Origin: Candidatus Latescibacterota bacterium
Lineage (GTDB): Bacteria > Latescibacterota > UBA2968 > GCA-2709665
Direction of reading: 5' to 3'
Assembly: GCA_965203805.1 (NCBI GenBank)
Contig: OZ241917.1
Coordinates: 1,568,001-1,632,000 of the forward strand
DNA length: 64,000 bases
Made by a program: the position numbers and the translations under genes. Under the pieces are notes generated by a model that was not told where the DNA came from, made no database searches, and saw only the letters and a program-made list of their open reading frames with translations. Below, in pieces: positions 19,331 to 29,229 of this stretch; within the stretch, counting starts at the first letter, position 1; each line of letters opens with the position of its first letter.

Positions 19331-21153
19331 GAGTCCCCTCCGAGAAGGGGGTTCAGGAAGATTTCGTGTGTAGGTGTCAGTGTTGTGTATTGAGAGGTCG
19401 CGTTGCGTGGTGAAAGTGCATCGGGTTGCGGCCCATCAACACAGAGGCGGTTTACGAGGTTGCTCGCGTGGTTTTGGGGCAAGGATATGCATAAAAAAGT
19501 CGCATCTTATGCGGGGAGCATCGTGGGTGAGGTGAGGTAATTCTGGATCCGAACGAGATTGACCCATAAGCCACGACAGTGCGCCCACAGCTGATGTGGC
19601 ATCAATCCACGATAGCGAGTTTTGCCGTTTCGGGTGTAATAGCTCAACTGGAAGAGGCTGGCTTCGACGTTATTGCGTCGGTTTCTGATGTGTTCAGGCA
19701 GGGCTTCACTCTGTTTGCGTTTGATGTAGTTGTCGATGGCCTGTTCTTTAAAGTATCGGGGTTTGCCATCCATGATGAGTTTGTATTTCCCCGGTTTGTA
19801 TTCTTGGGCAAGCTGCACGGCTTGGGTATTTCGATCCATGACTTCGACGCCTTCTCTTGTTCGTCGATAAATGAAACGCCCTGGGGTTCCTTGCAGGCCA
19901 CTGTAATAGAATTGCTTGTCGTGTTCGTTTGCGTACTCGGCGTTGGATTGATCATTATAGGCCCCATCCATCGACACGTCTCGAACCTGCCCTACCACGT
20001 GCTGTGTGCGCCCTACGGCCGCTTGCACAAACGCGTTGTCGGGCGCTGTCGCGGATTTGACGTCAATGTCCGTGATCAAATTGAGGCCCTCCTCACCGCA
20101 GGTCTCGGTGAGGTTCACACTGTATCCTTTCACCTTCGCTTCCCCTTTCTTACGAAAGGCCGCATCTTCGTCATCGGGGGACTGCAAGGAGGATGCGGAG
20201 ATCTCATCAGGCGGCTTGGGAAGCACCTGTTTGGAGGAGGATAAAACCGAATACTGGTCTCCAAAAACACGCGCCATCACACCATAGTGATCGCTGTCTT
20301 TCTCGGTATAGATCGCTTGAAGCCTGCTCAATAACACACCGTATTCCTGTAGCTTCTCACCTTTTTCAGCACGGGTGAGACGGTAGACAACCTGATGGGG
20401 CTTCACCTTGAGCATTCCGTCCAGAACCTGCCGGTGTTTTCCTGATAATCGCCGCTTCCGGGCCTCGTCCAACGATCCCCAGAACCGTTGTAAACAACCC
20501 ACCACCAACTGCAACCGACAACATAGCGCAATGTTCGAGCCGATTAACTTACTGTCCATTCGGATTTGCTGACCCAGCACACCAAAGGCGTCGGCCTGCG
20601 TCTTCGTTAAGCTGCTAAAGGTCTCGCCAACCAGATCCCGACCGGTTTTCAGTTGATACGCATACAAGGACTGTTTGAACAGATAATACGTCGACTCCAC
20701 AGGCGCCTCATCAGACAGATTCATCAACCCCAATGCCCGCATCGCCAGGATATTGAACCGACATTGCTCGAACAGTTGTGCATCGCTCCACCCGAAGCCC
20801 TCCTTCAAGACCATCATCGCCGCCAACTGACGAATCGGGGCATTGGGACGGCCTATGTCGGGATCAAACAACACGGAAAACACATCCTCGTCGATCTCTG
20901 ACGTGATGTGCTGGTAAAACAGATTATGCCACGACTTCGGATCATTCAACTGCGCCTGCTTCCGCTGTGTGAAATGCGACTCGAAATTCGAAAACAGATC
21001 CGGTTGACTGCACGACGCACTCGGCTTATACATCTGTCCTCTCCCACGCTCTCTACAATTGTAATTCTCAATACTTCATCCTTGCTGACTTTTCACACTT
21101 CGAATTTAGTACTTTCACCAGCATAAGTAAATGCGACTTTTCGGAGTGGACTC
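19331..21153 (-). mobile_element. Insertion sequence (IS5/IS1182-like), 1823 bp
   Basis: Terminal IRs GAGTCCCCTCCGAGAAG / CTTTTCGGAGTGGACTC; 6-bp target duplication AATGTT at 19325-19330 and 21154-21159. Confidence 0.92.
19507..21033 (-). CDS. DDE transposase
   Basis: GRPNAP..GWSD (DUF772-like), RMDSK, MDGAY, RNNVEAS. Confidence 0.92.
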   Translation of the reverse strand: MYKPSASCSQPDLFSNFESHFTQRKQAQLNDPKSWHNLFYQHITSEIDEDVFSVLFDPDIGRPNAPIRQLAAMMVLKEGFGWSDAQLFEQCRFNILAMRALGLMNLSDEAPVESTYYLFKQSLYAYQLKTGRDLVGETFSSLTKTQADAFGVLGQQIRMDSKLIGSNIALCCRLQLVVGCLQRFWGSLDEARKRRLSGKHRQVLDGMLKVKPHQVVYRLTRAEKGEKLQEYGVLLSRLQAIYTEKDSDHYGVMARVFGDQYSVLSSSKQVLPKPPDEISASSLQSPDDEDAAFRKKGEAKVKGYSVNLTETCGEEGLNLITDIDVKSATAPDNAFVQAAVGRTQHVVGQVRDVSMDGAYNDQSNAEYANEHDKQFYYSGLQGTPGRFIYRRTREGVEVMDRNTQAVQLAQEYKPGKYKLIMDGKPRYFKEQAIDNYIKRKQSEALPEHIRNRRNNVEASLFQLSYYTRNGKTRYRGLMPHQLWAHCRGLWVNLVRIQNYLTSPTMLPA

Positions 21154-21473
21154 AATGTTTGGAGCGCTGCGAATTCGTCGTGGTTCCCAGCCGTAACCAG
21201 AATGGGCCGAGTCAGATGCTCACGGACCCTGTCTGGTAGAGTCGCATCAACATCATCCAGGAGGATCAGCTTAGCCAGGTCATAGACGGCAGGATCCCAC
21301 GCTTCGAACCTGTCAAATGGCACGTCTCCGGTCCTGGGGTCCGGAAAAACTCCCAGGTCACCTACTTGCACCACAAGATCGAACGGTTTTCCCCTTTCGG
21401 ATTGCCAGACCAGCAGGACTGAAAGGGCGTGACAAGCTCGTCCGTGTACATCACCAATGAATGCAATCTGCAT
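21154..21473 (-). pseudogene. Metallophosphoesterase, N-terminal part (IS-interrupted)
   Basis: GDVHG, QVGDLG, GNHD motifs. Confidence 0.88.
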
Positions 21474-21498
21474 GGGGTTCTCGTTCCAGCAAGTTTGC

Positions 21499-21563
21499 GC
21501 CCGACGTTCCTGCTGGCTGTGAACCTGCCGAAGCGCAGCGTAGAAAGGTTGGCAAAAAGGTTG
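21499..21563 (-). repeat. attC-like site (degenerate)
   Basis: gcccgacgttcctgctggctgtgaacctgccg family motif. Confidence 0.45.
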
Positions 21564-21566
21564 CCT

Positions 21567-22565
21567 CTAGCCTTCTGCGCCACGCCCGTAGACCGTGCGA
21601 ATCACGTCCTCGATGTCGGGCTCCTGGACGGACACGTCGCGCACCCTGTAGTGGGCCGAAAGCTCCGCGATGAGTGCCGACGCAGACACCTGGCTCCTCG
21701 AAAAGCGGATGCGGACGACGTTGTTCCGACGTTCGAGAATCTCTGCGTGGGGATGCGAGAAGCCACTCAGCGGCTCTCCGGCGCCGGGATCGCACTCGAC
21801 GATAAGGTAACGGTGCGGGGTGATCGAGTCGACGAGCGCCGCCAGTGGTCCGTCTTCGATGATGCGTCCCTGGTTGATGATGATGAGTCGCTCGCAGAGC
21901 TCCTCCACGTCGTCCAGGTCGTGCGTGGTGAGCAGCACGGTGGTGCGCCGGCGCCGGTTGATGTCGCGGATGAATGCCCGGATCGCGGCCTTCACCTCGA
22001 TGTCCATGCCTATCGTGGGCTCGTCGAGAAACAGGATATCCGGCGCGTGCAGCATGGAACCGGCCAACTCCCCGCGCATGCGTTGCCCCAGGGACAACTG
22101 CCGCACCGGTGTGTCGAGGAGGTCCCCGATGCCGAGGACCTCGCAGAGTTCTGCCAGGCTACGCTCGAAGTCGTCGTCGGCAATGCGGTAGATCCGCTTG
22201 AAAAGTTCGTAGGATTCGCCCAGGCGAAGGTCCCAGTTCAGTTGGCTACGCTGACCGAACACGGCGCCGATTCGCTGTACGACCGCCCGCCGTTGCCTCT
22301 GGGGCGACAGGCCGACGACGGAGACGCGCCCGGACGTGGGATACAGGATGCCGGAGAGCATCTTGATCGTCGTTGACTTCCCCGCGCCGTTGGGACCGAT
22401 GAATCCGACCAGCTCGCCCGGCTGAATCGCAAAGCTCACGTCGCGCACCGCGTGCACCTCACGCCGGTCGGGCCGAAACAAGCCCTTCACCGCACCGGCC
22501 AGCCCCTTTTCCTTCCCGGTCACGCGGAAGGTCTTACAAACCCTCTCTAACTCTATATGTGACAT
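21567..22565 (-). CDS. ABC transporter ATP-binding protein
   Basis: GPNGAGKS, LSLGQ, FLDEPT. Confidence 0.95.
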   Translation of the reverse strand: MSHIELERVCKTFRVTGKEKGLAGAVKGLFRPDRREVHAVRDVSFAIQPGELVGFIGPNGAGKSTTIKMLSGILYPTSGRVSVVGLSPQRQRRAVVQRIGAVFGQRSQLNWDLRLGESYELFKRIYRIADDDFERSLAELCEVLGIGDLLDTPVRQLSLGQRMRGELAGSMLHAPDILFLDEPTIGMDIEVKAAIRAFIRDINRRRRTTVLLTTHDLDDVEELCERLIIINQGRIIEDGPLAALVDSITPHRYLIVECDPGAGEPLSGFSHPHAEILERRNNVVRIRFSRSQVSASALIAELSAHYRVRDVSVQEPDIEDVIRTVYGRGAEG

Positions 22566-22568
22566 GGT

Positions 22569-23384
22569 CTACGACCCCGCGCTTTCGTAGCGGCGAAGGC
22601 CGGCGGCAAAGACGGCCAGCGCCAGGGCGAACATGGCGACACCCACTGCGGGGGTCCACAGTGCCACGTCGAGGGGCAGAGACGTGTTCGCACTCTGGCC
22701 GAGGAAGTCGCATGCGGGGTAGAACCCGATGAAGCCGAGGGGCAGTACGAAGGTCAATAGCGCCTGCAGGGGCCACGGGTACACGGTCAGTGGGTAGAAG
22801 GTGCCGCGCGCCATCAGTTCCATGCTGGCGTCCACGAGTGGCTGGCTTCGCATGGTCCAGAACGCGATGGAGCTGATGAGGGTGAGGTAGGACCAGTAGA
22901 TCAGGGTCCCGCCAGCAATGACGAGGAGCACCTCGGCGACGTGCAGCGGTGTCCAGACAAACCCGGACAACCGGGCCCCGTAGAGGAAGTATCCCGCGCC
23001 GATGCCCAGATGCACGAGGCCGACCACGTTGATGCGGTGGCAGGAAAAGTGGAATGTGATCTCCAGAGGTCTGAGAAGCATCAGGTCGAACTCGCCGCGC
23101 GTGACAAAGCGATCGATCTGCCGCGACTGAAATGACAGGATGGACATGACGCCACGGCTCATCAGGCTCAGCCCATACAGAAAAGCGAGCTGCGGGAAGG
23201 TCCATCCCGAAAGCGGCTGGAACCGGTCGACCAACACCTTGAGGGCAACGCCAATCCAGATGTAGTTGAAGCCCAGTCCAAGGCAGATGCTCAGCAGCGA
23301 GAACGGATACTCCAACGCCCGCTGAATCGACAAACGGCCATACAAGGCTCCAACGGACAAGTGATGACGCACGTTTGCGATCAT
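22569..23384 (-). CDS. ABC-2 type permease (DUF990-like)
   Basis: GWT, GEFDLMLLRP, YPLTVYP. Confidence 0.88.
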   Translation of the reverse strand: MIANVRHHLSVGALYGRLSIQRALEYPFSLLSICLGLGFNYIWIGVALKVLVDRFQPLSGWTFPQLAFLYGLSLMSRGVMSILSFQSRQIDRFVTRGEFDLMLLRPLEITFHFSCHRINVVGLVHLGIGAGYFLYGARLSGFVWTPLHVAEVLLVIAGGTLIYWSYLTLISSIAFWTMRSQPLVDASMELMARGTFYPLTVYPWPLQALLTFVLPLGFIGFYPACDFLGQSANTSLPLDVALWTPAVGVAMFALALAVFAAGLRRYESAGS

Positions 23385-23392
23385 GGGCCTAC

Positions 23393-24184
23393 CTATCCTC
23401 CCTGCACGAAGACCCGCCGCTGGGCGCGCGTCCAGACGAGACCCGCGAGCAGGGCGAAGACCACGACCCAGAGCGCCTGCACGGAGAGGATGTGGACGAC
23501 CTCTGCGGAAGAAACGCGACCAATGTAGATCTCCAACGGCGCCTGGAACATGTACTGGAAGGGCATCCACCGCGACGCATCGGCGATGAAGTCGGGGAAA
23601 AGCCACATGGGCACCAATCGTCCCGACAGGGCGAAGACGAGGCTGGTCTTTACTGCACTCACGTCCCCAAAGTCGGTGACCCAAAAGGCCGTCATGCCAA
23701 CGAGGACGCTAAGCAGCCACAACAGCAGGAAGCTAAGCGCGCAGCTCGGCAGAAACAACAACCACGCTCCCATCCCCGCCGGCAGCGGGGGAGCCACAAA
23801 GAGGAGCGAGATGGCCAGCAGGGGCAGGGCGAACTGCGTGACTGCCGCCAGCGAACGCCCCACGTCTTCGGTCAACCAGTACCAGATCAGATTTACGGGC
23901 CGGATCAGATCGAGCGCGATCTCACCTGCGCGTATCTTGCTGAAGAGCACGTTGTCGATGCTGACAATGAAGCATGCATTCATCAACACGGCGACGACGG
24001 CATAGGTGACCATCTGCGCCTCGGTGACCCCGGCGACCTGGTCGATACCGCGAAACGCGGTGCGCCAGAGGAAGACGGAGCCGAGGAGGAAGAACAGGTT
24101 CCGTCCAATGGAGGACAGATACTCGAAGCGGTAGGCCAGCGCGTTGAGCAGCTGGAGCTTCAGCAAGTAGGGGTAAAGGTTCAT
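23393..24184 (-). CDS. ABC-2 type permease (DUF990-like)
   Basis: AYRF, IRAGEIALDLIRP, LSGRLVP. Confidence 0.88.
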   Translation of the reverse strand: MNLYPYLLKLQLLNALAYRFEYLSSIGRNLFFLLGSVFLWRTAFRGIDQVAGVTEAQMVTYAVVAVLMNACFIVSIDNVLFSKIRAGEIALDLIRPVNLIWYWLTEDVGRSLAAVTQFALPLLAISLLFVAPPLPAGMGAWLLFLPSCALSFLLLWLLSVLVGMTAFWVTDFGDVSAVKTSLVFALSGRLVPMWLFPDFIADASRWMPFQYMFQAPLEIYIGRVSSAEVVHILSVQALWVVVFALLAGLVWTRAQRRVFVQGG

Positions 24185-24290
24185 GGACGGTTAATTTTCT
24201 GTCCCGGAAACCGGTTGCGTGAATTCAGCTGAGCATTATCCGGTAAGTGCGGAACGACAAACGTGCCCCCGTCGTCTCCCGGGCAGCCAC

Positions 24291-24899
24291 TCACAGGATC
24301 TCCCTGCCGAAGTCGGCGTAGGTCCCCGCGGCCGAAAGCCTGATCGGGGCGTTGATTCCGTCCAGTTCGGTTGCCACGGAATCCAGCGCTGCGAAATCGG
24401 GGATGGTCCACACGGCCAGGCCGCCCGGTTCGGGAGCCAGCATCCCGATTCTCTGGACAAGGAGATTGAGGGTGAACTCAGGATGCTGCTTTGCGCGGCT
24501 CTCGTAGAAGCCTCTGACGGAATTCCCGGTGTCGCGGGCAGCGAAAAATTCCGCGTAGTAGGTGCCGTTGCGGGCTGGAACCGGTTCGAGCAATGGAGTG
24601 TAGCACCCGGCCACGTCGATCCGCGCGACCTGAAAGAACGCCTGTTCCAGGTCGTCCGCCTCGCCGCTGCGAAAGATCCGGTCCCACGCGTCGATCCTGT
24701 CGAGGCCTGCGTTCCGCGTGTGCCAGACCGTCATGTATCCCGGTTCGGGCCCCAATCGCCACGTGCGGCCGACAGACAGGACCAACTCGTCCTCATACCC
24801 GCTGTCCCATCCCTCCTGGCCCTGTGCGGCCTGAGCGCGAAACGTCTCCGGATCGACGCCCGGCAGACGGCTGATGTACTCGATGTAAACAAGCCCCAT
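24291..24899 (-). CDS. Hypothetical protein
   Basis: 202-aa ORF with RBS, directly downstream of the Gfo/Idh/MocA gene. Confidence 0.75.
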   Translation of the reverse strand: MGLVYIEYISRLPGVDPETFRAQAAQGQEGWDSGYEDELVLSVGRTWRLGPEPGYMTVWHTRNAGLDRIDAWDRIFRSGEADDLEQAFFQVARIDVAGCYTPLLEPVPARNGTYYAEFFAARDTGNSVRGFYESRAKQHPEFTLNLLVQRIGMLAPEPGGLAVWTIPDFAALDSVATELDGINAPIRLSAAGTYADFGREIL

Positions 24900-24920
24900 T
24901 TCGTTTCTTGTCCTTCTGTC

Positions 24921-25982
24921 TCACGGACCAGCCACAGCGACCTCTTTCCCGGTCGCCGCCGAGGCATAGAGCGCATCCATGAGCCGCTGAATTCGCACGA
25001 TCTCCCCACCCGAAACGGGAGAAGCATCACCCTGACGGACGGCACGCAGGAATTCGACGATCAGCGACCTCATATCGTAGTCGCCGGGCTTCAACGCGAG
25101 GGTCTCCTCACGCCACGAACGTCCGTCGTCGGTCCAGATTCGAAGTGGTGAAATAGACGCTGCACCGCGGTCTCCGAGAAAAGTCCAGCCTTCGTGACTA
25201 TCGGAGGGCGCCTGAAGAAAATTCGCTTCCACGGTCAGGATGGTATTGCCGGACAGCCGAATGAAGCCGCCGCCGTAGTCCTCGAAATCCGGATCGAGCG
25301 ACGCAGAATCGATGTCGCCTCGCACGGAACCTGCAGCCATCGGGTAACTGGAGACCCGCTGATGGCAGAATGCGCTGGCTGTCAGCGGCTCGGGGTTGCC
25401 GAGCAGCCACAGCACGAGGTCGAGGTTGTGAATCGTCCAGTGTGCGAGAGCGCCGCCGCCGCACGACCCGCGCGAGCGGTGCGCCATCGCCGGCAGTCCG
25501 CGGGCACACCCTCCCCACGTTCGAACGGCGTGTACGTGACCGAGTACGCCGTCTGCGATCCGGTCTCTCAGGTACCGGGACTCGTCCCAGGTCCGGTACT
25601 GGAAGCAGATGCTCAGCAGTCGATCGTTTGATTCGGCGGCATGAACCATGTCCCGTGCCTCGTCCGCAGTCATCGCAACGGGCTTTTCGCACAGGACGTG
25701 ACACCCCGCCTCAAGGCACATCACCGCGAGAGATCGATGGCTAGAGGGCAGCGTGGCGATGCTCACGACGTCGGGCCTGGTCCTTTCGAGCATCTCTTCC
25801 GCATCCAGAAATCCGGCGACTTCAAACTGCTTTTCGGCCCCCGCCACCCGCTGGGGCTCCAGATCGCACACGCCCACGAGCGAACAGACTCCGGCATCTT
25901 CCGCCTCCTTGTAGGCCGGGAGATGTTGCGCGGTTGCGATCTGGCCGCACCCGATCACCGCGACTTGAGTGTCCTGTCTCAT
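24921..25982 (-). CDS. Gfo/Idh/MocA oxidoreductase
   Basis: VIGCGQIA, HVLCEKP, GGGAL..H. Confidence 0.92.
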   Translation of the reverse strand: MRQDTQVAVIGCGQIATAQHLPAYKEAEDAGVCSLVGVCDLEPQRVAGAEKQFEVAGFLDAEEMLERTRPDVVSIATLPSSHRSLAVMCLEAGCHVLCEKPVAMTADEARDMVHAAESNDRLLSICFQYRTWDESRYLRDRIADGVLGHVHAVRTWGGCARGLPAMAHRSRGSCGGGALAHWTIHNLDLVLWLLGNPEPLTASAFCHQRVSSYPMAAGSVRGDIDSASLDPDFEDYGGGFIRLSGNTILTVEANFLQAPSDSHEGWTFLGDRGAASISPLRIWTDDGRSWREETLALKPGDYDMRSLIVEFLRAVRQGDASPVSGGEIVRIQRLMDALYASAATGKEVAVAGP

Positions 25983-26196
25983 AAGACCCTGGATACCTGG
26001 CCGTCAAGTCTCCACACCGGAGACACTGCCCATCGTCAACCCTTCGACTATCGCCCCGGGAAGGTTGAAGCCCGTGTGCGTTTGGCATGGCGCAAAGCGT
26101 TTTCCGGTCGATGAACCCCGAAGGGCTGCCCGCCAGGGCTCAGCGATCCATGCCGCGCGGGATTAAGCGGTTGTTTGGGGTTGTGCGGGAGTCCGG

Positions 26197-26775
26197 TCAA
26201 ATCTCCCAACCTGACTCATATGTACGGCCTTTGAGGCGTTCGGCAAGTTCGACAAATACTGTCAACGACTTCTCTAATCTTGAAGTTGACGACTGATCCA
26301 GTTCAGTGTCCGACACCCAGTTTGCTTCGTGCACGTATACATTGTACGGACTCACGATGCATTTGAAGTCGAGAATCATCGAGATGGCCAGCGACGTAAA
26401 CGCCGTATAGCTGTGCGGCACACCACCCGAATTGACAAACATCACTACCTTGTCATAGAAAGCGCCTCTAAGCGATCCGCCGGGTGGCGTAGAGCCTGTA
26501 TACTCGACGAATTTCTTGAGCTCGGAGCAACACGCCCAGTTGTAGACCGGACTGGCCAATATTACCGCATCAGATGCCGCAACGATCCTGTGGCACGACT
26601 GGTACACCTCGGACGAATAGATCTCGTCGTCGTCGAAATTCGGCGGATCCAGTTGTCGAAGATCGATGAAATCAACCCGGATGCCCGTGTCCTCCAGCGC
26701 GGTCCGACACATAATGGCCAGCACCCTGCTTCGACTAACGGCATTGAGACTGCTGCTGACGACCGAAATCCTCAT
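26197..26775 (-). CDS. NADPH-dependent FMN reductase
   Basis: SSSL..SRSR, ASPVYN..ELK. Confidence 0.88.
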   Translation of the reverse strand: MRISVVSSSLNAVSRSRVLAIMCRTALEDTGIRVDFIDLRQLDPPNFDDDEIYSSEVYQSCHRIVAASDAVILASPVYNWACCSELKKFVEYTGSTPPGGSLRGAFYDKVVMFVNSGGVPHSYTAFTSLAISMILDFKCIVSPYNVYVHEANWVSDTELDQSSTSRLEKSLTVFVELAERLKGRTYESGWEI

Positions 26776-26917
26776 CTGAACCTTTCCTCAGAGTCGGAAC
26801 GCATCTGGCGCCCGGCTTCCCACCGGAATCCGAACGCCGAGACCTGACGAGGGGCAGCCGCGGGATATGGCGACACTGACGCGACGGCGCGATCCCGACC
26901 GTAACAGGAGGATTGCA

Positions 26918-27358
26918 CTACTTGGCCGCCTCCATTGACGCTACCAGCAAGTCAATTTTGTCGTCGTAGTTGGCAACGAGATCAGGAAGTGAACTGACGT
27001 CGGCCCAAAAAAAATCGAATGGATGGATGACGGTTCCGTCCTCCGCATGTTCTCCGTGGCGCCATGTTTCATCCGTCGGCCCTTCCACCGACAGATGAAA
27101 GAACCAGCGAACCTGAAGTTCATTGCTCCCGCAGTCCCGCATGTCCCGGGTATCCCGGCCCAGGAAACGCACATATCCGATCCCGGCCAAACCCGTCTCC
27201 TCCCTTGCCTCGCGCATCGCAGCATCCCGAGGACTCTCTCCGGGCTCAATCGTTCCCGCAGGCACCTGAATACCCGCATCGGGCGCCCCGGGTTGCGTAA
27301 AGAGGAGCAGCCGGCTGCCGCTGGTGATATAGGCGTAGGCTCTGTCGCGGGTTTTCAT
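26918..27358 (-). CDS. NUDIX hydrolase
   Basis: Nudix box GTIEPGESPRDAAMREAREETG. Confidence 0.92.
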   Translation of the reverse strand: MKTRDRAYAYITSGSRLLLFTQPGAPDAGIQVPAGTIEPGESPRDAAMREAREETGLAGIGYVRFLGRDTRDMRDCGSNELQVRWFFHLSVEGPTDETWRHGEHAEDGTVIHPFDFFWADVSSLPDLVANYDDKIDLLVASMEAAK

Positions 27359-27645
27359 TGCAATCTGGAAACTGATGGGAGTTCGATGTATTTTTCACCT
27401 GTCCTGCGATATTTCAATGCCTTCCTTCTTCCGACTGCTTTATCTCTCATCGATTCCGGCTTCCTTCTCAGTGTGGCGCAATCTGGCTTCAAGTTCTGCA
27501 AGGAACCCGTATTCATAAAGACGCGCTGAGAATCCGCCACAGTCACTCAAACTGGAGTTACCGCTGAGGTAATACGTATGGACTACCTTGGCTGAATTCC
27601 TCTGTCTTTCAGTTTAATTTCAGACGGAGACGTCAAAGCCGTCGC

Positions 27646-28764
27646 CTAATCCTTCAGGATGCGCTCGCCGCCATCCACAACATTTGAGAATATCTCCAGG
27701 AACTTTTCCGCCCTAGCCAGTCTCTTCCGCGCGTCATCGCTTGGTTTACTATCTGGATACTTTGACAGAAACTTCGTCATTTGGCGAAGTTCGAATCGGA
27801 ATCTGGCAATGTCGTCCCCGTTAAATTCATAAGGGGCCTGGTAGTAAGTCAGGAGCCGGAAGTAGGCCATGGGTGCCACCTCCGACGCAGGATATTCTGT
27901 GACGATACGTCGAAGCACCTCCCGGGCCTCATCAGGTTTCGGGACTCCCAAGGATGCTTTCGGAGGGAAGTATTTCCACAGGTCCTCAACAGCCGTCGCG
28001 TAATCAAAGTAGACTTGCGGCGTCTCCTCAGCCTCAACCCGTTGATCGGCCCTTTGGAATTTCTGCTGTGCCTCAATCAGTCTATCCAAAACTTGGATCG
28101 ACCAGCTAAGACCGCGAAATCCCCTGAAATATCCCTCGGTTATGGCGGATCCATGCGTGTACGTCGTAAACAGCATGACACTCTTTGTGGATCCAACTGC
28201 ATCAATTGCGTCTTCACCGAACTTCTCCATGATTTTCAGCAGCACCCGCTTCGCCCCTCGATAGTCCCTCTTGCCTGCGAGGAGCTTCGCGTTGAAGAAT
28301 AGACCGTATGGACTGTACAAGTTCAAGGGCGGCTCAGATGCCCTTTGGTAAGCCTCATTCGCTCTCATGTCTGTACTACCGCTAACTATTACATATGAGT
28401 GCCCGGCCAGGAGGTATAGCCAGGTCCTCGCAATCGGATTCGCCTCCTCTAAGGCCTCCAACGAAAGAAGGCTGGCGCTCCGTTTCAAGATCCTCTTTCT
28501 ATAAAGCCGGTACCCATCGAGTGTTGCCGGCAGTGCCCTTGAAGGTATCTCGACAGGGCGCTCGCGATAATACGTCCGGAATCGAACGTCAAGGTAGATG
28601 GGTTGTCCGGCTCGCAAGCGCACGGTTTCACCGGTGTGAAGGGTTACGTCTACATCTACCACTATTGGAACATGACGATGACCCATGGCGAAGCCATTGG
28701 CCTCGGCGTCCGATGCCATAAACAACGCGGCCAACAGGGCCCATAGATGTCTGGTAAATTTCAT
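27646..28764 (-). CDS. Exported hypothetical protein with TPR/BamD-like helices
   Basis: Signal peptide; IVTEYPASEVA and FLSKYPDS motifs. Confidence 0.7.
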   Translation of the reverse strand: MKFTRHLWALLAALFMASDAEANGFAMGHRHVPIVVDVDVTLHTGETVRLRAGQPIYLDVRFRTYYRERPVEIPSRALPATLDGYRLYRKRILKRSASLLSLEALEEANPIARTWLYLLAGHSYVIVSGSTDMRANEAYQRASEPPLNLYSPYGLFFNAKLLAGKRDYRGAKRVLLKIMEKFGEDAIDAVGSTKSVMLFTTYTHGSAITEGYFRGFRGLSWSIQVLDRLIEAQQKFQRADQRVEAEETPQVYFDYATAVEDLWKYFPPKASLGVPKPDEAREVLRRIVTEYPASEVAPMAYFRLLTYYQAPYEFNGDDIARFRFELRQMTKFLSKYPDSKPSDDARKRLARAEKFLEIFSNVVDGGERILKD

Positions 28765-28928
28765 ACAGGTCTCGGATTCACGTTTTGCATACAATCACAA
28801 AGAGGAAGAGGACGTCCTCGCACTATTTCTCGCCAATTATGCGGCGGGTATGCGGTGTTGACTGGAACGCACACTGTGCTTGGAGGCCCATGGCGTAAAC
28901 CCGCTAGCTGGCCGCCGGCTTCACGGCG

Positions 28929-29012
28929 GCCCAATCTTCCCGCCGTACCCGAACTGCCGCAGGCGGTTGACAAGGGTGCGGATGCACCGAGCCGCGCACG
29001 GACGCGTCAGGC
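28929..29012 (-). repeat. attC-like site
   Basis: Minus strand GCCTGAC..CCGTGCGCG...CGGGTACGG..ATTGGGC; TGA of the upstream ORF lies in R''. Confidence 0.7.
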
Positions 29013-29165
29013 GATTGCCGCGTCGAGGAAATAGAGTTTGGATTCTGCTCCGATTTCGGCGACGGCTTCCTTTATGTCGTCACGATCCTTTCGACTCAGG
29101 AAGTCCTTTGCCTGCTTTTTCAGGTGCTCGAGGTTGGGATTGGAGGGAAGAAGGACGCGTCTCAT
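29007..29165 (-). pseudogene. Internally deleted gene remnant
   Basis: LPSNPNLEHLKKQAKDFL, an N-terminal motif usually on larger (often ankyrin) proteins, joined to a short tail. Confidence 0.55.
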
Positions 29166-29229
29166 GGGAACCCTCTTTCGTTGATGCCTGTTGTCAGAGA
29201 TCCAGCCGGAGTGCCCGTGGACACGTCTG

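Noticed and set aside
18799-19482. 227-aa ORF as an independent gene
   Set aside because: Its N-terminus is IS sequence; the rest is the 3' part of the interrupted phosphoesterase
19507-21033. Transposase as the recombinase of the array
   Set aside because: DDE enzyme confined to its own IRs and target duplication; not a tyrosine recombinase
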